Assembly (NCBI GenBank): GCA_016177405.1 | Contig: JACOVG010000033.1 | Span: 41,486-105,485, forward strand | Length of the DNA stretch: 64,000 nt | Direction of reading: 5' to 3' | Origin: Candidatus Omnitrophota bacterium | Lineage (GTDB): Bacteria > Omnitrophota > Gorgyraeia > 1-14-0-20-64-10 | Shown: positions 17,682-26,559 of the stretch, piece after piece | Position numbering within the stretch: the first letter of the stretch is position 1 | Layout of the letters: each line of letters starts with the position of its first letter | The notes under the pieces: generated by a model | Seen by the model: the letters and a program-made list of their open reading frames with translations, nothing else | The model's database searches: none | What the model was told of the DNA's origin: nothing | Translations under genes and position numbers: made by a program

Positions 17682-20600
17682 ATGCCGCTCCTTCGTCATT
17701 GCGACCGCGAGCGTCAGCGAAGCGGGAAGCGGTCTTGTCTTAAAATCGGGATTGCTTCGTCGCTGGCGCTCCTGGCAATGACGTATCACTGGGCCTTCGC
17801 GGAATCCACCGTCGAGCCGGTGAACCTCGCCTCTTTCGCCAACGGCGGCAGGATAGAAAGCGCCAGCTCCGACGGCTACGGCAACGTGCCGGCCTACCTG
17901 CTGGACGGAAATCCGGAAACCCAATGGGAAACGGCCTACGGCGATAAAACCAGAGAGGTGGTCCTCTCCTTCTTCGACGGCCGCGAGGCCCTTCTGGATG
18001 CGGCGGTTCTTCATCCCGGCGCCCAGGCCGGCTCTCAGGCCATCAAGGAGTTTGAGCTGCTCCTTTCGGATCAACCCACCGGAGACGATTTCCAATCGGC
18101 CGGGGTCTTTGCCTTAACCCAGGAGGCGGCCGATCAACGGTTTGATCTTGCCGGGAAGAGGGCTCGGCGCCTGAAACTCAAGGTCCTTTCCACCTATGGA
18201 GGCGATCGTTGCGCATTGACGGAGCTCAAGATCCTGGAGGCCGGGGCGCCGGAGGCCTCCCTCTTGAAGGATGCCTTCGCCCAGCCCGTCGCGCAAGAGG
18301 CCCTTTCCACAAGGACCAATCTGGTTTACGTGAGAAATGGCAGCCGGGTGGTTTCCGCCTCCTCCCAGGCCTACGATTACCTCCCCCAGCGGCTGCTGGA
18401 TGGCCACGCGACCGACGAGCGGCGCTGGGAGGGTTACTACAAGGATCTTCAGCCGGAGCTGACCTTTGCTTTTTTTGAAGACCGGCTGGCCGTGGTGGAC
18501 GGCGTTGTGATCCATCCCGGCGAGAAGTATCCGGATTACTGGGTTCGGGAGCTGGAGCTTTGGGCCTCTACGACCGAGCCGGATTCCAGCTTTGAAAGAA
18601 TCGGCCGCTTTATCTTAAAGAAGGAATCAAGCCATCAGCTCATCCCGTTTCCGCCCAGGCCCGTCAAGTATCTCAAGGTCAAGTGCCTGACCCGCTACGG
18701 CCGCCTCAACAATGCCGAGGGCTGCCGGATTGCGGAGCTGATGGTCCTGGAGCATCCCGAGCCGGGCAAGCCCTCCATCCTGGAGGGGGCCTTTGCCCAG
18801 CTGGTGTCGGCCGAGACGCTGGCCCTCGCCAGGGATCTTTTAAGCCCCTCTTTGGGCGGCCGGATCGTGTCGGCCTCCTCCTCCGGCTACAGCAGCAGCC
18901 CGCCCGCGCACCTGGTAGACGGCAAGGTGGACGAGTACAACTATTGGGAGGGGGCCTACAAGGATCCCCAGCCGGAGATTGTCGTCTCCTTTTTTGACGA
19001 CCGGGCCGCCTGGGTCGACGGCGTCGTACTCCACACCGGCTCAAAATATTCAGACAACTGGCCCAGGGACGTGGAGCTTTGGGCCTCCCTGGAAAAGTCG
19101 GACTCCGGCTTCAAGAAGATCGGCCGATTCCTTCTTAAAGAAGAGGCCGGCTACCATCGGCTTTTCTTCCCTCCAACGCAGGCCAAGTACTTGAAGGTCA
19201 AGTTCCTGGGCCGCTTTGGCCGGCTCAAGGACGCCGAGCAGTGCCGCGCGGGGGAGCTGATGGTTCTCGAGTCGAAGGAAGAGGGAAACGTCTCCATCCT
19301 GGAGGATGTTCTCACCCAGCCGCTTTCCGCCCACTCGATCGCTGGAGGGGTCAACGTGGCCTTTCGAACCCTGGGCGGCAAGGTGGAGGACGCCAGCTCC
19401 TCGTACGACGACAAGTTCAAGCCGGACAACCTCATCGACGGCATGACGGGTTCGGAGAACTCTTGGGCGCCGGCCAAGGATCAAGCGCCTCCCCACGAGA
19501 TCGTCTTCTCGTTTCTTCGCCAGAAGGCGGCCTGGATCGACAAGGTGGTTCTGGACCCGCGGCACCAGGTGAGGAACACCGCGACGGTCAAGGATTTTGA
19601 GATCTGGGTTTCCCAGGAGGCCAGCGGAGAGTCGTTCACCAAGGCAGGGCGCTTCTTGGCGCCCAACCAGATGATCGAGCAGGCGGCCCTCCTGCCCAAG
19701 CCGGTTTTGGCGAGGAGGGTCAAGCTCAAGATCCTCTCGGCGCATGACGAGAAGCTTCTTCCGGCCCTGGCGGAGGTGATGATCCTGGAGGCCCCCTCGG
19801 CCGGCCCCTCGGTCCTCTCCGATCTTAAGCTGAACTTGGCCGACCGCTCGCTGGGCTTCTCGCTCGTCCGCTTTACCTCCCAGGGCTCAAGCGGCCAAGA
19901 AAGGTGGATGGCCTCCCAACTGTTTAACCCGGCTCGCGAGCCGGAGGGATGGGCCTCCTCGGACAACAAGTTCCCGCAGGATCTGGTCTTTGGCTTCGGG
20001 CTGGGCCAGCGTGTTTTGCTCCGGAGGGTCATCCTGGAGGCCCCTCCCGTCCTTGAGACAAGACCCAAGCAGTTCAGCCTTCGGACCTCTCTGGAGTCTC
20101 CGGTGCGGGGTTTGAAGACGATAGGGGAGGAGGTTTACGACTTCGATCCCTCCGCCGCCGAGCAAGTGGTTGAGTTTGATCCTCCCATGGAGGCCAGGTA
20201 TCTCATGCTTCGGATCCTCTCCAACCAGGGAGGCAGGGTGACCGGCTTGAAGGCGATCCGGATGATCGAGGCCCAAGCCCCCGGTTATCTCTCGCTGGCG
20301 ACCCGGCTTGGACAAGTGGGCGGCAGCCGCCCCGGGCAGGAGGAGGAAGAGGCGGTCTCCTCTGTCGAGGAGGGAGCTCGCCCAGAGAAGGAGCCCAACG
20401 ACAGTCCTGCCCAGGCCGATCCGGTAGCGCTGGAGGAGAAGGTGGCCGGCAAGATCGATCCCCCGCAGGAGGTAGATTACTATCGGCTCGATCTCGCCCG
20501 TGCCGACCGAAACATCTTAAACCTTGAGCTGACCGGCAGGCCTTACCTGCGCACCTCGCTTGCGTTAAGCAAAGAGGCAGATCCCTCTTGGACGAAGCAA

Positions 20601-22112
20601 TTTACACCCGAGAAGGCCTCCGGTCAGCAGGCGCAGATCTCTTGGAAGTTCGAGCCGGCCTCGTACCTTCTCAAGGTCTCGGAGCCCAAGAGCTCCCTCG
20701 TCCTCATCTACGACACGAGCGGCAGCATGCAGGGCAGCCAGCAGGATCTTGAAGCTGCCGTGGCCAGTTACGCCAAGGCGATCCAAAAGGGAGAGGAGAT
20801 GGCCGTCGTCCGCTTCTCGAACAAATCCCAGAGGCTTTGCGATTTTACGGATGAGCCGGCTGTCCTCGTGAAGGCCCTGGAGGGGCAGTTTACTCCCAAC
20901 GGAGGAACCTCCCTCTTCGACGCCCTTCGAGACGGCATCGCCCTGCTGGAAGGGCGGCTGGGCAACCGAGCGATTATTCTGATGACCGATGGGATGGATT
21001 CGACGAGCTCGACCAAGTACACGGAGATCTGGTCCGTCCTGGAGGGCTTAAGCAGGAGCAACATCCGACTCTACACGATCGGGATGGGCCAGGACCTCAA
21101 GCAGTACACGCCGGCGATCGGGGCCACGGGTGGCGAGATGCTGGCCCACTTTGCCGCCGCCACCGGCGGACGATTCTTTTACGCCCCCACCTCCAAGGAG
21201 CTCGTGGGGCTGTACGAGGAGATTTCGCGGGAGCTCCGGATGATCACCCGCTACACCCTCACCACCTCCCTAGGAGGCGGCGAGGGCGGATTGCGTCTGA
21301 TCGAGGCCGGCGAAAGGATCCAGGGGGTGGGGGCCCCCACGATCGTGGAGTTCATCCTGGATGCCTCCGGCAGCATGAGCTCTTCCCGGGGAATGAAGGG
21401 CGGAAAAAAGAAGATCACAGTGGCCAAGGAAGTCCTTTCCGAGCTGATCCGAAGCATGCCGGAGGATTACCGCTTGGCCCTGCGGGTCTACGGGCACCGC
21501 TTCAAAGGGGACAAGAAGGATTCCGAGCTTTTGTTTTCCCCGACCGAGGGCAACCGGGACCCCATGCTCAAGAAGATCGCCGCGATCCAGCCGGTGGGCT
21601 TAACCCCCATCGCCTACTCGCTGACCCAGGTGATCAGCGACCTGGCCAACCTGCCGGGAGAGAAACTCGTCATCTTAGTCAGCGACGGCGAGGAGACCGG
21701 CGGGGGAGATCCGGTGAAGGCGGCCCAACAATTGCACTTCATGGGGGTGGGGGTCAAGGTGAACGTTGTCGGCTTTGACATCGCCGAGCAGAAGGTGCAG
21801 GAGCAGATGCGCCAGATCGCCGCCATGGGCGGCGGGCAGTACTATGGGGCCAAGAACTCTGACGAGCTGATTGGTTCCCTGCGCCAGGCCCTGCGCGCCA
21901 GCTTCAAGATCTTCGATGACAGCGGAGAAGAGATGGCGACGGGGCAAATCGGCGAGGGAGAGGTCAAACTCCCGGCAGGGCGCTACAAGGTGGTGGTCCG
22001 CCCGGAGGATCCCATCACGGTAGAGGGGGTGGAGGTCCGCCACAAGGCGGTGACGGAGGTCAAGATCAAGAAGGAAGGGGACCGGATCCAAACCGAATGG
22101 CGCATCCCATGA
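17682..22112 (+). CDS. Large secreted protein: 5 discoidin (F5/8C)-like repeats, PPC-like domain, 2 vWA domains
   Basis: Five repeats starting NL(A/V)xxxxG(G/S)xxxSASS and ending ExxILE. EKEPND..DYY. MIDAS motifs DTSGSM..TDG and DASGSM..SDGEE. Confidence 0.8.
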   Translation: MPLLRHCDRERQRSGKRSCLKIGIASSLALLAMTYHWAFAESTVEPVNLASFANGGRIESASSDGYGNVPAYLLDGNPETQWETAYGDKTREVVLSFFDGREALLDAAVLHPGAQAGSQAIKEFELLLSDQPTGDDFQSAGVFALTQEAADQRFDLAGKRARRLKLKVLSTYGGDRCALTELKILEAGAPEASLLKDAFAQPVAQEALSTRTNLVYVRNGSRVVSASSQAYDYLPQRLLDGHATDERRWEGYYKDLQPELTFAFFEDRLAVVDGVVIHPGEKYPDYWVRELELWASTTEPDSSFERIGRFILKKESSHQLIPFPPRPVKYLKVKCLTRYGRLNNAEGCRIAELMVLEHPEPGKPSILEGAFAQLVSAETLALARDLLSPSLGGRIVSASSSGYSSSPPAHLVDGKVDEYNYWEGAYKDPQPEIVVSFFDDRAAWVDGVVLHTGSKYSDNWPRDVELWASLEKSDSGFKKIGRFLLKEEAGYHRLFFPPTQAKYLKVKFLGRFGRLKDAEQCRAGELMVLESKEEGNVSILEDVLTQPLSAHSIAGGVNVAFRTLGGKVEDASSSYDDKFKPDNLIDGMTGSENSWAPAKDQAPPHEIVFSFLRQKAAWIDKVVLDPRHQVRNTATVKDFEIWVSQEASGESFTKAGRFLAPNQMIEQAALLPKPVLARRVKLKILSAHDEKLLPALAEVMILEAPSAGPSVLSDLKLNLADRSLGFSLVRFTSQGSSGQERWMASQLFNPAREPEGWASSDNKFPQDLVFGFGLGQRVLLRRVILEAPPVLETRPKQFSLRTSLESPVRGLKTIGEEVYDFDPSAAEQVVEFDPPMEARYLMLRILSNQGGRVTGLKAIRMIEAQAPGYLSLATRLGQVGGSRPGQEEEEAVSSVEEGARPEKEPNDSPAQADPVALEEKVAGKIDPPQEVDYYRLDLARADRNILNLELTGRPYLRTSLALSKEADPSWTKQFTPEKASGQQAQISWKFEPASYLLKVSEPKSSLVLIYDTSGSMQGSQQDLEAAVASYAKAIQKGEEMAVVRFSNKSQRLCDFTDEPAVLVKALEGQFTPNGGTSLFDALRDGIALLEGRLGNRAIILMTDGMDSTSSTKYTEIWSVLEGLSRSNIRLYTIGMGQDLKQYTPAIGATGGEMLAHFAAATGGRFFYAPTSKELVGLYEEISRELRMITRYTLTTSLGGGEGGLRLIEAGERIQGVGAPTIVEFILDASGSMSSSRGMKGGKKKITVAKEVLSELIRSMPEDYRLALRVYGHRFKGDKKDSELLFSPTEGNRDPMLKKIAAIQPVGLTPIAYSLTQVISDLANLPGEKLVILVSDGEETGGGDPVKAAQQLHFMGVGVKVNVVGFDIAEQKVQEQMRQIAAMGGGQYYGAKNSDELIGSLRQALRASFKIFDDSGEEMATGQIGEGEVKLPAGRYKVVVRPEDPITVEGVEVRHKAVTEVKIKKEGDRIQTEWRIP
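17694..17783. repeat. 90-bp REP/RPE-like palindromic element in frame at the N-terminus of the vWA protein
   Basis: Terminal inverted repeat CGTCATTGC...GCAATGACG. Encodes RHCDRERQRSGKRSCLKIGIASSLALLAMT. Confidence 0.8.
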
Positions 22113-23197
22113 CCCCGCCAACCGCCAAGCTCTTTTGGATCCTGGCGTTGGCCGCGCTCACGGCCGGGTGCCAACTGGAGATTGGCTTTCAGGCCGACAC
22201 GAAGGTTCTCCCCGACGGGTCGGTCACCCGAACCACCCGGTACGAGGCCTTTTCCCTGTCGGATAAAACCGAGCTGGAGAAGCGGTACGAGCTTCCTCCA
22301 TCAGGCCAATGGGAAGAGATCGCCATCCCCAAGCCCCCGGTGGCCGGCGAACCGAAGGCGCCCGAGACCCACCACCTCTACTCCGTGACCCGGCGTTACG
22401 CCCCAGGCGAGCCGATGGTCCCCGATCACGGCAGAAAGGACGAGCAAGGCCGGCTCGGCGCGCTCAACCGGATCAAGCTCTCCATCGACGAGACTTTCTT
22501 CACCCGCACCTTTGACTACGAGGAGCGCTTCCGGGACGGAGGCAGCCGCGAGGAGGCCGCCCAGGCCCTCCAGGAGATCTTGGAGGCCTGGATCGCCCGT
22601 TTCTCAAGACTCCTTGAGGGGAAGCTTAAGAAACAGCTTGCCGCGGGCCAAATCCAGGAGGTTTTTCTGGCCAAGCTCAAGCCCCTCCTCCTGCGGCTTC
22701 AGGATCAGATCCGCTTTCAAGGGGGCGCGGCGCTCCGGAACACCTCTTTCTTTGACGAGCTGGCTGGAGAGCTGGAGAAGGAGGGGATGGTGAATTTCTT
22801 CTTGACGAGCTTCCCGCCGCCCGCGCCCCAGAAGGCCCCTCTCTGGAAAGCCAGCGCGGAGGAGGCCTACGAGGAGGCGGAGGATTTCCTGGAAGAAGAG
22901 ATGTCCTCCCAGTCCCAGGGGGCTTTCTTCGGCGCCTATGGCCTGCCGATCCTGCAGCCCGATTACACCTTTCACCTTTCCCTGCGGCTTCCCGGGAAGA
23001 TCCTGTACGCCAATTCGACCCGAAGGCAGGGCAAGGCGCTCGTCTGGGAGTTTGACCGCTTTCACTTTTTGTGGGACGATCACATCCTGCACGCCCGCTC
23101 CCGGGTGGTTCGGACCGGCCGGGTTCTCTTCTTAGGAGGAATGCTTGCCTTGGTTCTCGCGCTGGCGATGGTCTATTCCCGCAGATGGACCTCTTAG
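22109..23197 (+). CDS. Hypothetical lipoprotein with C-terminal TM anchor
   Basis: Lipobox-like TAGC, ATGA overlap with the previous stop, LRLPGKILYANS..LVWEF, C-terminal hydrophobic helix. Confidence 0.7.
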   Translation: MTPPTAKLFWILALAALTAGCQLEIGFQADTKVLPDGSVTRTTRYEAFSLSDKTELEKRYELPPSGQWEEIAIPKPPVAGEPKAPETHHLYSVTRRYAPGEPMVPDHGRKDEQGRLGALNRIKLSIDETFFTRTFDYEERFRDGGSREEAAQALQEILEAWIARFSRLLEGKLKKQLAAGQIQEVFLAKLKPLLLRLQDQIRFQGGAALRNTSFFDELAGELEKEGMVNFFLTSFPPPAPQKAPLWKASAEEAYEEAEDFLEEEMSSQSQGAFFGAYGLPILQPDYTFHLSLRLPGKILYANSTRRQGKALVWEFDRFHFLWDDHILHARSRVVRTGRVLFLGGMLALVLALAMVYSRRWTS

Positions 23198-23207
23198 AGC
23201 GCCGAGG

Positions 23208-23837
23208 GTGAGCAAGGCCCTGCGGCAAATCGAGGAACGCTTGAGCGGTCTCGCGCCCGGGACCCTCCGGCATGAGACGCTCCAAGCGGCCAAACAGTTC
23301 AAGAGCTCCTGGATCGAATTGGGCCGGGCCCTCTGGACGGTTTCGAATCAGAAGGCCTTCCGGGAATGGGGATTCCTCACCTTCGAGGCCTACTGCGCCA
23401 AGGAGGTCGGAATCCGCGCCGCCACCGCCAAGAAACTCCTCCACTCCTACTACTTCCTGGAGAAGGAAGAACCGACCCTCCTGAAGGAGCTTGAAGGAGA
23501 AGCGCCCTCCAAGCTGCCCAGCCCCGAGGCGGTGAATGTCCTGCGCCTCATTCGCAAGCGCAAGGAGATCTCTCCCGAACGATACCAGCGTTTTCGCTCC
23601 TACGCCCTGGAGGAGGGCAAGGAGGCGCCGGTTCTGCGCCGGGAGCTCAAATCGCTGATGGAGGAAACCCATCCGGATCCGGCCGCCCTCCGGGCCAGCC
23701 GGCGGCAGGCGGCCCTGCGCCGGATGATCGGCACCCTGAAGTCCCTCCAGGCGGAATCGGCCGCGTCGGATTTTCTTCCCAAAAGTCTTACGACCCAAAT
23801 CGGTTCCCTCATCAAAAAACTTGAGGAGGCACTCTAA
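23208..23837 (+). CDS. Hypothetical helical protein (possible DNA-binding)
   Basis: GTG start. FKSSWIELGRAL..EWGFLTFEAYCAKEVGIRAATAKKL. Translationally coupled to the next gene. Confidence 0.6.
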   Translation: MSKALRQIEERLSGLAPGTLRHETLQAAKQFKSSWIELGRALWTVSNQKAFREWGFLTFEAYCAKEVGIRAATAKKLLHSYYFLEKEEPTLLKELEGEAPSKLPSPEAVNVLRLIRKRKEISPERYQRFRSYALEEGKEAPVLRRELKSLMEETHPDPAALRASRRQAALRRMIGTLKSLQAESAASDFLPKSLTTQIGSLIKKLEEAL

Positions 23838-24250
23838 TGATCGAGAGAATCCAATCCACCCGGGCGGGCGTGGCGATTGCCCTCTTAAGGATGGTCCTGG
23901 GGGTGATCTTCATCAGGGAAGGCTCCGGAAAGCTCTTCGGTTGGTTTGGCGGCGGAGGTTTTGAGGCGGCCTGCCAGTATTTCACGGAGCTGGGAATCCC
24001 CTTGCCGGTCTTGAACACGATCTTGGTCTCCGGCACGGAGTTCTTTGGCGGATTGGCGCTTCTGGCCGGTTTCTTGACCCGCCTGGCCGTGATCCCCCTT
24101 TCCATCACCATGGGAGTGGCGATTGTGACCGCCCACTTGGGCGGGGGATGGGGGTACCCGACCCTCATCATCGCGGTGTGCGCGGTCCTGTTTCAGAATG
24201 GCTCGGGCCCCTTCTCGCTTGATCACGCCTTAGGCGCTCCGGAAAAGTGA
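23837..24250 (+). CDS. DoxX family membrane protein
   Basis: LLRMVLGVIF..GSGKLFGWFGG, EFFGGLALLAG, GSGPFSLD. Confidence 0.9.
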   Translation: MIERIQSTRAGVAIALLRMVLGVIFIREGSGKLFGWFGGGGFEAACQYFTELGIPLPVLNTILVSGTEFFGGLALLAGFLTRLAVIPLSITMGVAIVTAHLGGGWGYPTLIIAVCAVLFQNGSGPFSLDHALGAPEK

Positions 24251-25509
24251 CCAGGCCCATTGGATTAAGGCGCGGGTTCCGGACCCCCTTTGTCAAGATG
24301 GGAAAGGAGTTCGCGCGTCTAAATCCGGTGGAGCTCTCGAGCCTCTTGATCGATGGGATGCTGGAGAGGGAACCGTCCATCGCGCCGCACATTCAGCGCG
24401 TGATCTGGGGGATGGTGGTGCCGGATCCCAACCTCTATTCGATTGCCCGGGAGGCGGTCCTGGCCTCCCGGCTGGACCCGAGGGTCGAGGCCTACAGCGT
24501 CTCGCGGGCCTGCGCCACGAGCCTCCAGGCGGCGGCCAACGCCGCCCATCATTACAACGCCTTTCCCCAGGAGCCCTCGATCAGTCTGGCCGGAGGGGTC
24601 GAGTCCTTCTCTTCGGCCAAACCGGTGGTGACCGAGAGAGCCTCGCGGCTCTTTAAAACGCTGGCGGCTCCCAAGGCAGGCTTGTGGACCAAGCTCGCCG
24701 CCCTTTTGACCACCCCGCCCCTGGCCCTGTGGCCTGTTCCGCCGTCGGCCAAGGAGTATTCGACGGGGCTGACCATGGGGGAGCACTGCGAGCTGATGGT
24801 CAAGGAGTTTAAGATCGCCAGGGAGCGCCAGGACCGATTCGCGCTGGCCTCCCACCTCAACGCGGTGAAGGCCAGAGGGGATTTGGCCGGTCAGATCATT
24901 CCGGTCGCGGGGGTCAAGCGGGATACCCTGATTCGGGAGGATACCTCGCCGGCGGCGCTGGCGGCCCTGCGCCCCGCCTTCGACCGATCGGCAGCGGGAA
25001 CGATCACCGCCGGCAACGCCAGTCCCTACACCGACGGGGCCGCCGCCCTTTACGTCGTGTCGCCCGCCCTGGAAGGGAAGGTTTCCCCCGAGGCCCACCT
25101 GGTGGACACCGAGTTCGTCGGGGTGGCGCCGAAGAAGGGGCTTTTGATGGGTCCTGGCAAGGCGATGCTGCGTCTTCTGGAAAGGCACGGCCTTCGTTGG
25201 GACGACGTGGATTACCTGGAGATGCACGAGGCCTTTGCCGGGCAGATCCTCTCCAACGTCGAGGCGGTGAACGACCCGGCCTACCGCCAGGGGGTTTATG
25301 GGATTTCTTTCGATCCCGGGCGCCTGGAGGAAGCCAGACTCAACCCCTGGGGCTCCTCCATCGCCTACGGGCATCCCTTCGGGGCGACCGGCGCCCGGAT
25401 GCTCAACCAGGCGATCGCCTACCTCCATAAGACGAACACGAAACGGGCCCTCTTGGGAATCTGCACGGCCGGCGGCCTGGCCGGCGCCGCGCTCCTTGAA
25501 CGCCGCTAG
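24247..25509 (+). CDS. Acetyl-CoA C-acyltransferase (thiolase, FadI-like)
   Basis: RTPF, SRACATS, HEAFAGQ, GHPFGATG, ICTAGG. Confidence 0.92.
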   Translation: MTRPIGLRRGFRTPFVKMGKEFARLNPVELSSLLIDGMLEREPSIAPHIQRVIWGMVVPDPNLYSIAREAVLASRLDPRVEAYSVSRACATSLQAAANAAHHYNAFPQEPSISLAGGVESFSSAKPVVTERASRLFKTLAAPKAGLWTKLAALLTTPPLALWPVPPSAKEYSTGLTMGEHCELMVKEFKIARERQDRFALASHLNAVKARGDLAGQIIPVAGVKRDTLIREDTSPAALAALRPAFDRSAAGTITAGNASPYTDGAAALYVVSPALEGKVSPEAHLVDTEFVGVAPKKGLLMGPGKAMLRLLERHGLRWDDVDYLEMHEAFAGQILSNVEAVNDPAYRQGVYGISFDPGRLEEARLNPWGSSIAYGHPFGATGARMLNQAIAYLHKTNTKRALLGICTAGGLAGAALLERR

Positions 25510-25876
25510 CCGGTGGTTGTGGTGGTGGGCGCCGGTGGCGCTCTACACGGCCTTCATCTTTTGGCTCTCTTCCGCTCCCCGGCCGGCGCCGCCCCTCCTC
25601 GCGTGGCCCGGAGGCGATAAGCTCTTCCATCTGATGGAATACACTCCATTGGGCTCTTTGCTGCTTCGGGCCTTCAGGCGCTCCCTCCCCCGAAAAAACT
25701 CGTTGGGCCTTCCCATGATCGCCGGGTTCCTCTTTGCTCTGGGAATTGCTGCGGGAGACGAGTTCTATCAGGGCTTTATTGCGCAGAGGTTTTCTTCCGT
25801 GTGGGATGCCGCGGCGGATGGGGCCGGGGCTGCCTTGGGTCAATGGCTCTACGCGAAATGGGCCAGGACGGCGTAA
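25496..25876 (+). CDS. VanZ family membrane protein (start uncertain, TTG)
   Basis: IFWLSS, DKLFHLMEY, DEFYQGFIAQR..WDAAAD. Confidence 0.8.
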   Translation: MNAASRWLWWWAPVALYTAFIFWLSSAPRPAPPLLAWPGGDKLFHLMEYTPLGSLLLRAFRRSLPRKNSLGLPMIAGFLFALGIAAGDEFYQGFIAQRFSSVWDAAADGAGAALGQWLYAKWARTA

Positions 25877-26559
25877 TGGTCGGAGGGGTGCAGTCCCTCC
25901 CGCGGCGCGTCGCAAACCACCTCACAGGCGGATGGTTTAACGAGCGGGAAGGCCTCTTGCGATAGGAAGAGGTAGTCGATCCGGCGGTCCGGAAACTTCA
26001 CGGTGTGAGATTGAATGAAGGGATTGGCGTTGTCCCAGGTGTTCCCTCGCTGGCTGGGGTGGAAGCGGGCCCAGAGGTCCGCCAAGCCGGATTGGAGAAT
26101 CCGCCGGATGGGCGGCGCCGAGGGCTCGGCGTTCATGTCGCCGGCCAGGAGGAGCCGCGGTCTCCGCGGGGCCGTCCAGGCCAGCAGCTCTTCCACCTGG
26201 GCCAGGCGGACTGGTTCGTCGGCCGCCTGCCAGGAGAGGTGGGTCACCGCGGCCCACAGCTCGCCCCCTGGCAGCGAGAGGCCGGCCAGGAGGGCTTGGC
26301 GCGGGCTGCTTTCCCGGGAGGAAGCGGCGCGGTACGTCAGGATTTCATGGGACGCGGCGGGGAACCGGCTTAGGAGGGCCAGCCCCGAGGAGGGAGCGGT
26401 CAGACAAGTCGGAAAGTTAAGCGCTTTTAAGAGGGCCTCATCCGTTGCTTCCTGAAGGCAGAGGACGTCGGCTTGAAGCTCGCTCACGGCCTTCCGGAGA
26501 ATCTCCAGACGGCCGGAGGGCCCGCGGGTTCCCCAGAGGTTAAAGGTGACGATTCGCAT
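25849..26559 (-). CDS. Endonuclease/exonuclease/phosphatase family protein
   Basis: MRIVTFNLW, DVLCLQE, THLSW, AGDMNA, RIDYLF, PSDHYAV. Confidence 0.92.
   Translation of the reverse strand: MRIVTFNLWGTRGPSGRLEILRKAVSELQADVLCLQEATDEALLKALNFPTCLTAPSSGLALLSRFPAASHEILTYRAASSRESSPRQALLAGLSLPGGELWAAVTHLSWQAADEPVRLAQVEELLAWTAPRRPRLLLAGDMNAEPSAPPIRRILQSGLADLWARFHPSQRGNTWDNANPFIQSHTVKFPDRRIDYLFLSQEAFPLVKPSACEVVCDAPREGLHPSDHYAVLAHFA

Noticed and set aside
17800-20280. Repeats as CRISPR or DGR template/variable pair
   Set aside because: They are diverged protein-domain repeats with no identical spaced DNA repeats, no A-specific mismatch pattern seen and no reverse transcriptase.
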